From Eledone cirrhosa (Eukaryota), in NCBI GenBank assembly GCA_964016885.1, contig OZ024742.1:128216001-128280000 (forward strand): a DNA stretch of 64,000 nt. The letters are read 5' to 3'. Position numbers and translations under genes: made by a program. The notes under the pieces were generated by a model. The model saw nothing but the letters and a program-made list of their open reading frames with translations, ran no database searches and had not been told where the DNA came from. Shown here in pieces: positions 53,373 through 64,000 of this stretch (the first letter of the stretch is position 1; each line of letters starts with the position of its first letter).

Positions 53373-55464
53373 ATAAATAGATAAATAACATAGAATAAGA
53401 AAACATTACAGGAATACAACGGGAGGAAAATATAGAAACATCACTGATGATGTCACAGCTGTGTGTGATGAAAGAACTCTGTGAAACTATATTTATATTT
53501 ATATTTTTTAACTGTTGGTCAATCAATGATAAATATTGATTGCCAGCTGAATTATTTATAGAAATTAAAAAATATTTTGAAGCGAAAACCAAACCAAACA
53601 GTGTGTTTTACTATATTTTTCTGGCAATATTATAACAACATGACCCTCCCAAAATATAACAATATTTATTGTTTAATTTCTAAATCATTATGATGTATGT
53701 GTTGGTAGTCTTGTTCTTATTAAACTTGTTTTTTTTTGTGTATCAGTAAGCATATTTATAAATTCCCTTCCAACATCTTTATACTCATATAAAGCATGTC
53801 ATTTTATCATTGTAATCGTTAATGGCTTACTGGGGAGGATAGATGGCAATGAGATTGGACGTTGGTGATTCATGTTCAGACCCTGGCACTGGGTTGAATC
53901 TGTACCAAGAAAACCTTTCAATACCAAACCTCCTGAAACGATTTGTAATTTTACAATACAAAACTGCTTGTTTTAATATGTTAATATTTATCTAAACACT
54001 TTTCATCATAATTTTATGTAAGAACATTTGTTATGTTCCAAATGTTAGCTCAATAATGCAAAAGTCAGGTATTTTAACAAATCCCTCTAAATTCTTTTAA
54101 AAGTTAATTGAAAATCAAAATCATAGGCAATGTCTTTCATCAGAAATATGGTAACAAAAGGATTATCCTTGAAATGGTTTTCTTTCATATAGAAGTAAAT
54201 AATTGTTTCTATATTTGACACAAGGCCAGCAATTTGGAGCGAGGGGTAAAGTCAATTAAATCTACCCCAATACATTACTGGTACTTTATTTTATTGACCT
54301 GGTAAGGATAAAAGGCAAAGCTAAAAATCTAAAGGGCTGTAACTATGCCGCAAAGCATGTTGTCTGATGCTCTACCGATACTGCCAATCTACTGCCTTCT
54401 TAGTAGTAAATAATTGTTTATACATTTGGCACAAGATCAGCAATATGAAGGGAAAAGTTGATTAAATCGACCTTGGTACATTACTGGTGCTTTATTCTAT
54501 CAACCCTGTAAGGATGAAAGGTAAAACTAACTTTGAGTGTATTTGAACTCAAAATGTAAAGGGCCATAACTATATGCCACAAAGCATGTTGTCTGATGTT
54601 TTACAGACAACCAGAAGACATAACTCAGTGTCAAATTTAATACTAACTTTAAAATACATAGATAATAATGCTATCATGGTCATTATCCCTTTATTCCTTA
54701 AAAATCTATCATCTATAGCCAAGACCCGATTGAGACCCAAATCACTCATAACATTACAGTATACTCAAATGTCCGTAAACAAATTTTTTTTAATGATAAA
54801 TACATTTAATTTAAATAAAATGGTGACCCCCCTTCCTTGATACTTTAAGTATGTGTTTATTTGGCTTAACGGTTAATCCAGCCCTGAGAATATAGTTGTG
54901 TCTACCAAACTCAAATGTAAATCTGTAAACAACTGGAACTGCGACTGTATTATCACTTCATTTCTGTTAGATCTCTCGTCTATAACATAGAATACAAGAA
55001 TACATAGATATTTCTACCAAAATTGAATGTAAATCTGCAACCAAATAAATCTTCATCTAAAATTAAAGCAGCAAACACTCTTTTGTAAACAACAACAATA
55101 AAAATCATCCAGTCCACCCTGTAAGGCGATAGTGTAGGTGCCATGAAAAATGCTTCCAGTCCACCTTGTATTGTGGTAGTGTTAATGCCACGAAAAAAGG
55201 CTTCCACTACATAATGTAAAGTGGCTGGCATTAGGAAGTGCATCCAGCCATAGAAAACCAAGCCCCAAATGGAGCATATGAGTAATATATGGTCACCTGA
55301 CCTGTCTAGTACCATGATGTGACAACCCATCTAACTCACACAAGTCTGGAAAATCTACGTTAAATGGTAGTAATGATGATGATGATGATGGATAAATTAT
55401 AACATTATGAGAAGAAAAGAGAGATATTTCATTTAGTATCAAGAAATTTTTACTTTATACTTAC

Positions 55465-55674
55465 TTTTTCGACAATTGACATAAAAACATTATTTGGCAT
55501 ACTTTGATTGTTTGACTTGAAGTTATTTACCAACTTCTCGAGATTATTAAGAAACTTTTGAATATAGGGGTCATCATATTGTTTCTTGTTTAATTTGTCG
55601 AGCGCTTGACTGAGAATCATAGTCTCATCTCTGGATAAGGGCTTCAATAAAGTAAGTTCCCAAATATCAATAGC
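55465..55674 (-). CDS. Exon of PKD1/REJ-like gene (helical region preceding the GAIN beta part)
   Basis: ttgacag|GCT...AAA|gtaagt, 210 nt, phase 0 to 0. Translates AIDIWELTLLKPLSRDETMILSQALDKLNKKQYDDPYIQKFLNNLEKLVNNFKSNNQSMPNNVFMSIVEK. Confidence 0.85.
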
Positions 55675-56963
55675 CTGTCAATAAACAGAAAGATGACATG
55701 ATGTGTAATTGATAAAGTGTGAAAGTGTTTAGTATCCTAAAAAAAGCACCCTGTCTACCTTGTAAGGTGGTGGTGCTGATGACATGATAAAGAGTGCCCA
55801 GTCCATCCTGTAAGATTGTCATTATGGTGCCATGATAAAAAGCATCATATGAGCAAGATGTAGTCACCTGACCTGACTTGTTTCATAACATGACAATCCC
55901 TTATCTTCTTTTATCCTTGTTTAACACTCTCATGACTGTATTTTTAATAAATACACTATATTTCAGTTCATTAATAAAGAATTTGTGAAGGTATGAGACT
56001 TAGTGGTTAGAGAATTGGATTCACAATTGTGAGGTTGTGAGCTCAATTCCTAGACTGGACAATGCATTATATCCTTGAGCAAAACATTTTATATCTTCCT
56101 GCAAGGAGTTGTGACCAGTAGATAGTATCAGCAAAGGAAAGACCAATGGAAACATTGTTTCTTTGGTCTCATCTGACAAGTTCCACTCCATTTGACATGC
56201 AAATGAAGTCTGGGAACTTATTGTTCTTCTAAAGAAAAAATAAATAAAATAAATAATAAAGAATTTAGATGGATTTACTAAGATCATTTATTATTAAGAT
56301 GGTGTTGGAAGATTTTGATTTAAGTAGAAAGCCCTGGGTTGTTTTATCCCATAGAACCAGAGGCTGGTTTGGGTAGGTTGCTATCAAAGGGGTTACATAA
56401 CAATGCTATAGAGATTAAATATCGAAATACTTTAAACAAGACAACCAAAAATGGCTCATTTAAATTTTGGTCAAATGATCTGTAAACGGTTCATATCTCA
56501 GAACCAGTGCAGCACTAAGATAACAGAAAAGAAATTTAATGTAAAAGAAAATGTCTAGCTTAATGTATATAGGTAACTGTGCTTCAATAAAGTATACCCA
56601 ACCCACTCTGTAAAATGGTAGTGCTGGTGTCACAATAAAATGCACACATTCCACTCTGTAAAGTGATAGCGCTGGTGCCCCAATAATATGCATTCAATAC
56701 ACTTGAGAAGGTTGTCATTCTGGGGACATGATAAAATGCACCCAGTTCAGTAAGTAAAGTGGTTGGCATTAGGAAGGGCATCCAACCATTGAAGCCATGA
56801 CAAATATGGAGAGTGTGAGCAAGAAATTGTAACCTGACCTGTCTAATCTGAGACCACGACAAACTCATCAAACATGTTAGCATGGAAAAAGGCCTGTAAA
56901 ATGATAATAATTGGATGATTGCTTGATAGAATATATCGTTAATACGAGGACATAGAAACGTAC

Positions 56964-57061
56964 CTGGACTGATATTTCTTCCTGTGCAGATCTCTTTTTG
57001 CGAGCATTGTTTTGGATTTCAAGGATGCCAACCAATGACAACAGGGCATCAAAATAGTTTT
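56964..57061 (-). CDS. Exon of PKD1/REJ-like gene carrying an RKKR motif
   Basis: tttttcag|AAAAC...CCAG|gtacgt, 98 nt, phase 1 to 0. Translates (Q)NYFDALLSLVGILEIQNNARKKRSAQEEISVQ. Confidence 0.85.
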
Positions 57062-57086
57062 CTGAAAAATAAATGTAATAATGTGA

Positions 57087-57131
<45 letters not shown>

Positions 57132-57258
57132 TACATACATACATAAGAAACCGACTCTCTCTCTATTGGGAAAAAATTTGTGAAATTATAAAACCAGAAA
57201 AACATATATATATATGTGTGTGTGTATGTATTTATGTATGTATGTATGTATGTATGTA

Positions 57259-57301
<43 letters not shown>

Positions 57302-57761
57302 TGATGATGATCATCATCATCATCACTAGCATGGGTTAGACGGGAATTGTCCCATTTGAGGCAAGATTGGTCGGGTGACCGTGTCTCGCTCATATAGGAC
57401 TATATGGTAGGTTTTCTATGGCTGGATGCCCTTCTTAACACCAACCACCTTTACAGTGTGGACTGGGAACTTTTTATCGTGTTACCTACACAACCACATT
57501 ATAGTGTGGACTGTGTGTTTTTTGTCGTGACACCTACACAATCTCATTAGTGTAGACTGGATATTCTGTGGTACCAACATAACTTTACAGAGAGAGGATG
57601 GTGTTGGTGGGAGTGGGAGGGTAGAGTCGGGGTAGTGGGTTGGGGTGTATATTTGGTTAAGAGGTGTCTACTGACTGTAGGTTTCGCTTTGTACACAGGC
57701 AAGGCAGGTCTCCTGTATTACTGCGTGGCGCCAAAGATCTCGGTCCAGTGACATTGTCTTA

Positions 57762-58296
57762 GGGGCGACGTCCATACTCAAATTGCCACGCAAAACGTCA
57801 AAATGACGTTTTTTTTTTCTCGAGAAAAGATTGTGACGTTTTGCATATAATCATAAATTAAGAACTTTGACTCACCTCCAACACGCACCTGTCAACAGCC
57901 AACGTATTCTGTCATTTTATTTAGCCTTATGTGCCCCCTTCCCCTGAAATTTGTTTTGCCCCTCTTCCCCTCCTGAAACTTGCTTTAAATTCCATAAAAT
58001 TTGCTTTGCCCCCTATTTCTAAAAATTATTTGAGATAAATTAATTTATAAGCATTGTTCAACTTTATAGAGCTTTTTTTCACCATTGATAACATGTGTGT
58101 ATGTGTGTGTGATAACTTTTTATTGACAAAAGAAGACTGATTAACATCCCTAATTTTTAACCCTAAGTCAATTGAGGGTTTTTATGAGTGTTTTTCATCT
58201 TTGTCACGTTTTACATTTTCGGTACTGGGTTGGTGGGTCACGTCCAAAACGTCATTTTGACGTTTTGCGTGGTGATTTGAGTATGGACGTCTCCCC
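57762..58296. mobile_element. PIF/Harbinger-type MITE
   Basis: TIRs of about 50 bp (ggggcgacgtccatactcaaattgccacgcaaaacgtcaaaatgacgtttt and its reverse complement), flanked by a TTA duplication. Confidence 0.85.
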
Positions 58297-58939
58297 TTAG
58301 AGAGGTGCAAGTGTGTAAGGTCGGAATTTAGTGTGTGTGTATTGCAAAGGCTTGCTGAACACACAACATAAGCCAAAACTACTTGACATTGTTGGGATTA
58401 TCTTTCTTGCACCCCCCCCTCTCTCTCTCTATATATACAGCAGTATGCCCTTGATGCAAATGAAGAGTCCTCTCAAGCCTTTTTTTGGCAAGATTTTTAT
58501 GGCTGGATATTTATCTTATCCCCCCCCCCCCAACACACACATTAGAACGTGTAGTGGGTGCATTAGAGAGATTATCATATCATGACTGAAGGTGTTCTCT
58601 CGAAACACTTTGCTTAGTTTACATGGTTGGAAGTTCTTTCTAACACCAGTCACTATACAGAGTGTACTGGGTGTATTTTATTGTGGCACCAGGATTGGGA
58701 GCGATGCTGGTCATTGACTCAATTGAAGAGCCCACCCTACCCTCTGGGGAAGGATAGGATAGAGGATGCAGGTAGGAATGATGACAAGTGTGATACTATG
58801 GGTAAGGGACAATGGGTGGGGGAGGAAGACAGCCTAATGTTGTGGGTAGGGAGATGATAAGTATAAATTCATGGGTGTGAGACAGGTGTGGGGGGGGGGG
58901 GGTCGAAAAGAGGAAGGAGTGGGGAATGAAGACTCTATG

Positions 58940-59300
58940 AGTACCACTCACTGAGTTTTCTCTGCACCTCTTTATACAGTTGTTATCTTCAATATTCACC
59001 ACATGTTCATACCATGGCAGTCCCCCTTCTTGCACACCACATCATACTCCTACCATACAGAGACCTTCTCTCAGCTTACTCACACCCACTAGAACATACA
59101 TGCTCCACATTCCTCCTGCCCTCACAGGTCCTCTGCAGTCAAGGCCCATGTCTCAGAGTCATGTAGTATTGCCACTCACATGCAGGCATCACTCTGAGAG
59201 AGAAACTCCCCCATTGTCAGCAGAGGAATTAACTCCCTATTCTTACTTTGGCTACCACACTTTTAGAGCAGCCTCCTCCACTGCTGATTAGGTCACCTTG
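58940..59300 (-). mobile_element. Highly degraded RTE fragment
   Basis: WYEHVVNIEDNNCIKRC and a SETW-like remnant. Confidence 0.6.
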
Positions 59301-59981
59301 GCAACAAAAGCTGTCAGTCTCTAGGGAGCCTGCCAGGCAATTGAAGAAAACTAGTGCTCTAAGTGCTTATTTCTCCCAGGCATTTATCACATACAAAGTC
59401 TATCTTCTCTGTCATGAGAAATGCACCCAGGTGGCTGGTGATAGATAGAAGTGGTATTCTACTGTAGAAACTATGTTAAAAAGGTCGAGGGTTGAGAGGA
59501 CTCACCAGTTATGTCAAGGGCATGACATCCTCTTTAGTGTTGGTGATCTACACAACAAAGATACCCAGTACACTCTGTTAAGTGATTGATGATAGGAAGG
59601 TGGGTCTCATTTTGCACCTGCCAGATCCTCAGCATGAAAGGACTGCAATGTGAAGGAGACTGGGGAAGGGAAAGTGGAGAAGAGGCCAGCCGAAATATAC
59701 CTGGCAGCAAACTTTTCTAGAGAACCTAAGACACACAGGAATTAGTTGGACAGGATCAAGTAAAACTGTGGCAGTTTGATCATGATGGTGGATGCTTGTT
59801 GCTTTGTGTGCATCAACATGTGAGAAGACCTAAGATTAATATTAAGATAAGAACTCTGCCAATTCACTACCTTTTGTAGTACTAGCAAAGAAATACAAAC
59901 CATCAACATTCCTGTAGATAATCTTACAAATACAACCTGCTATGATTGTAAATGTTATGAGTTGAAAAACTGTCTACTTAC

Positions 59982-60111
59982 GTGTTTTCAGTAAGTCGTC
60001 AACATTGTTTAATATTTCCTCTTTTCTTTGTATCAATTGGGAAGGGCTGATGTTTTTAACAGTGATATTATTGCTGATAAATGCCCGACACATGCCATAA
60101 TTGTTACACAC
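59982..60111 (-). CDS. First visible exon of a PKD1/REJ-like GAIN(GPS) single-pass membrane protein (probable REJ C-terminal end)
   Basis: Acceptor atgaag|GTG, donor ACAC|gtaagt, 130 nt, phase 0 to 1. Translates VCNNYGMCRAFISNNITVKNISPSQLIQRKEEILNNVDDLLKT and joins the next exon in frame. The acceptor is the only AG downstream of an in-frame TGA. REJ assignment is by eye. Confidence 0.7.
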
Positions 60112-62024
60112 CTTCATGGTAAAGTCAAATACAATATATGAGTAGTATCATGATCAAAAAGTCCTAAGTATGGTCATAATTCACACCACATCGTACTCCT
60201 CCCATACAGAGATCTCTCAGTTCACTCACACACTACATCCACCAGAGCATACTCACTTCATCTCCCTCCAGCCATCAAAAGTCCTCTACAGTCAAGGCCC
60301 ATGTATCTCTGTCATGAATTATTGCCTAAATATGGTCCTAAGGCAACGTCTGTGGAAGACAGTTCTGTAGACTCTTCTGTTTTCTATGTCTCACAAGCAT
60401 ATGTTGACACCACAATTGATGTGTACAGGCAGAGCTTTGTATCTTGTCTAACACACAGTCTACAGAACTGCAGATGTCTTCCATAGACATCAGTTAAAGA
60501 CCATATTTAGGATTTCTTGGTATGATCACATCACAAACAAACAGGACATTGAAAGAGTCTAACTTAGTAATATATGGGAAACATCACTGTATGATAGTGG
60601 AAAATGCTTGGCCATGTGCTATACATATCCACAAAAAGACCAGTGAAGACCTAGCTTTGATAGAAGAGGAGCAGAGGAGGTAAGATAGACTCATCAAGAC
60701 ATGATTAAAGTCTGTTGAGGAAGACCTGGCAGATATGGGTGCAGGCCTGTGCAACTATGCAAAAAATTAAGATTTCTAATTGCCCAATGCTCCATAAGGA
60801 GAAAAAGGAACTAAAGAAGATGAAGATATAATCATAACAAGCATCAACAGTATCCCTATTGTGACAACATTTCTAGTTAAACATTGGAGTGTTGAGTGAG
60901 TTGAAATGTTTAGAGTATGTAGAAAATCTCAAATGAGGGAAAATAGCTGTGAACTCAGCTTAGAAAATTAGGTAATATACACCTTTAGATGGAGAACAAT
61001 GGCCAGTAGTGTTCATAGTTATTTTCCTGCATTCAAGATTTTCTACATTTTTTAAACACTATCACCATTATTCAGTGGATTGGGAGAATTATTGGGGCAT
61101 CAGTCAAAATGCTTTGCAGCATTTGTTCTGGCACTTTACATTCTGAGTTCAAATCCTGCCAAGGTCAGCTTTGATTTTCATCCTTTCAAGGTCAATAAAA
61201 TAGAGTACCAGTCAAGTACTGGGGTTGATTTAATCGACTTTCTCTTTTCCACAAAACTATTGGCTTTATTAAGGTGGTGTATTGAAAGAATTATTAGAAC
61301 ATTGGATAAAATGCTTTGTGGAATTTGTTTTGGCACTTTACATCTATGGAAGACATCTTGAGTTCTGAAGATTCTTCTGTGTTTTTTTTTTCTGTGTCTC
61401 ATAAGCATAAGTCATTGTAGACACCACAATTGATGTACATAAGTAAAATTTTGTGCCTTATCTAACACACAATCTACAGAACTGCAGATGTATTCATTCT
61501 GACGCTCTGCACTCCGAGTTCAAATCCTGCAGAGGTCAACTTTGCCTTTCATCCTTTTGAGGCTGATAAATAAAATACCAGTGGAGTGAGTTCTTCCTCT
61601 ATTTCTCTTTCTCACTTCCTTTGTCTGGATGCAATTGGTTGTGACCAGACCTGGAGAGAGGTGGATTCTGCCAGATTTAAAATGTCCAAAACATGCCCCT
61701 ATGAGGTCATCTGGAGTCACTAGTACATTCCTTTCCTTACCTCAATTACTGCTACTGCTGCTGTTACTGCTACTGCTACTACTGCTGCTATGGCTACTAT
61801 TAATACTACTCTTGCTACATATACTTAGAAAAGTAATGACTGTCAAAGGTCATTGTTCAGATCTGACAGGCAGTAGAGGATCCAGTAATTATCCTATTCA
61901 CTGTGCAACCCATTCACCCATCCACTACACATCCATTCGTCCATAATAATAATAATAATAATAATAAAATAATAACAATAACCCAGGGTTCGCTCAGGTA
62001 CCCCACCAATCCTGAACGACCCGA

Positions 62025-62538
62025 CGCTTCGAGAGCACATTGCCAAATATGCGCACTGGATGCTCTGCCACTTTCATAACATCCAAACCTCTGACAAATG
62101 GTATGAACATCAACCAAAAACAGTCATGGAAAATGGTAATATTTCCATCTTGTGGGATATGCCTGTGATAACTGACCGAGAAATCGCTGCCAACAGACTA
62201 GATATATTAAAAATTATAGATATTTCTGTACCAGCTGACAAGAATACATCTTTAAAAACAATGGAAAAACTGTCAAAGTACAAAGACTTTGAAATAGAGA
62301 TCAACCACATGCAGAGGATGACCACAAATACTATCCCTGTGGTAATAGGAGCATTAGGATTAATACCCGAAATCAGCAAATATAAGCTACAAACGATCGG
62401 GCTACTAGGAACAGCACACATTCTCAGATGAGTTGTCTCTCTACATCTCTACAATGAAAATATTTAGTGCTCTAGGTTCAAGGCCTGAACCCAGAAATAG
62501 AGAAACAGAACTGATCTAAATGAAATCACATAACAGTG

Positions 62539-62540
<2 letters not shown>
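62025..62540 (+). mobile_element. R4/Dong-like non-LTR fragment (restriction-like endonuclease C-terminus)
   Basis: ILWDMPVITDREIAANRLDI..IIDISVP..EKLSKYKD..IPVVIGALG, flanked by (AAT)n. Confidence 0.8.
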
Positions 62541-62591
<51 letters not shown>

Positions 62592-62721
62592 TGTTTCTAC
62601 TTTTGGCACAAAGCCATCAATGCTTTCTTTATTAACCACAAGGGTTTACACAAAGTAGACATTAAGGACAGTACAGGGCAATACAGGACGGTACAAATGG
62701 GCATTTCTGCGTGTAAAAAAA

Positions 62722-63120
62722 ACCCCAATAGGCCTGACCTGGTGGTTTTGGACAAGGAAAAAAGATTGTGCCTGATTGTAGATGTAGCTTGCTCATTTGA
62801 CACGAGAGTGCAAGAAAAGGAGAGGGAGAAAATTAACCGATACCAGGACTTAAAGTGGGAGGTAAAAAGGATTTGGAACTGCCATGAAGTCAAGGTCGTC
62901 CCGATTGTCATAGGTGCACTAGGTACTATCTCAAAGAGTTTCCAAGGATGGTTAAAGAAGATTAGTCCAGCCCCGCTTTTTGGAACACTTCAAAAGGTAT
63001 GCTTACTGGGAACAGCAAGAACCCTCCGATACATCCTGAATATCTGAGGCTGCAGGTAGCAGCTTGATATTCATTTCAACAAACTTTCCAGTTAAATAAC
63101 ATCAATGACTGAGACTCAAA

Positions 63121-63122
<2 letters not shown>
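62722..63122 (+). mobile_element. R4/Dong-like RLE LINE 3' end
   Basis: NRPDLVVLDKEKRLCLIVDVACSFDTRV..KINRYQDLKWEVKRIW..VPIVIGALG..LLGTARTLR*, then 3' UTR and (AAT)n. Confidence 0.88.
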
Positions 63123-63175
<53 letters not shown>

Positions 63176-63339
63176 TGTTTCTACTTTAGGCACAAGGCCA
63201 GCAAATACCCAGTGCATTACTGGTACTTTATTTTATCGACCCCGTAAGGATGAAAGGCAAAGTCAACCTCGGCAGGATTTGAACTCAGATCGTAAAGGGA
63301 CATAACTATGCTGGAAAGCATGGCGTCCGATAATAATAG

Positions 63340-64000
63340 CTTTCTTTATTAACCACAAGGGTTTACATAAAGTAGACATTAAGGACAGTATAGGACAATA
63401 CAGGACGGTACAAATGGGCATTTCTGTGTGTAAAAAACAAAAAAACAGAGGATGTAATAAAAGAACAATGAAAAATTCCCTAATAGGGGGGAGCCTTCCG
63501 AGGGCCATCGTGGAGAAAGCCCATTAAAAAAGCCACGGTGACCCTGACCACCAGGGCAATTGTCCTCTCCCAGTTTTCCACCTTCAATTTACAGGCATAT
63601 ACTCAGAGTAGGTCCATTCACTCGGGCCATTCTTGCCTCTCTCACCCATCTTTCAACAAAAAGCTGGGAAGAGACCACCTCCCTCTCTATTCTGATTTTC
63701 CTTTTCAAATGAAATTGGAAAAAGTTAATCAGGGCATCACCGAAGAGGTAAGTGCTCGTCTTCAGCCCTTTCAGACGCGTCCACCATACTATCTCTTTCG
63801 CCATGGCCACCAGACAGATAAAAATTGCCTGCCCTTCCCGGCTAAAGGAAGAGGGCGGAGCAATCCTCACGATGGACTCAGCTGATAGTCGGATCCGTTC
63901 TACAGGCGACAGCAGGTGTTCGACATAAACCCACAAGTCAGCAATGCTCGGACACTGGACGAGTGCATGCATGACGGTTTCGTCGCCCTGCGCGCATCTC
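63340..64000 (-). mobile_element. Tx1/L1-like LINE 3' end, running off the window
   Basis: ETVMHALVQCPSIADLW is the CCHC knuckle end, followed by ..AKEIVWWTR. 3' UTR ends aataaagaaagc, then (ATT)n. Confidence 0.75.

Noticed and set aside
53831-53932. 102-nt exon-like segment with good splice sites
   Set aside because: It has a TGA in the phase-0 frame required by the flanking exons; at most a poison exon.
59871-59911. 41-nt AG/GT-bounded segment
   Set aside because: It would break the phase between the 59982 and 57061 exons, which already join in frame.
60983-61042. Possible upstream exon ENLECRKITMNTTGHCSPSKG
   Set aside because: Poor acceptor, and it ends in phase 1 while the next exon starts in phase 0. 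No bridging exon was found.

Overview
AT-rich, repeat-saturated eukaryotic DNA. The SINE, RTE and MITE complement and the microsatellite density suggest an octopus or other cephalopod genome; this is inferred, not proven. The only host gene I can support is on the minus strand. Eight exons (60111 down to 9636) splice in consistent phase into 393 aa, the C-terminal part of a polycystin-1/REJ-like protein. It has a probable REJ end, an RKKR furin-type site, a GAIN/GPS domain with HL|S intact, a single GxxxG-rich transmembrane helix and an 18-aa tail containing RVVP. There is no PLAT, channel or 7TM region, and the 5' exons lie beyond the window. The introns hold a 14.8-kb 44/38-bp satellite with higher-order repeats, a 7.8-kb 12-bp satellite grown inside a TTAA-type MITE, and a young composite of CpG-rich head, 77-bp VNTR and RTE 3' end. 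The window also contains a DD37D Tc1/mariner remnant, a PIF/Harbinger-type MITE, many RTE, R4/Dong-like and Tx1-like LINE fragments, tRNA-derived SINEs, and several Penelope-type fold-back elements carrying hammerhead ribozyme cores. The very long ORFs in the track are satellite artefacts.
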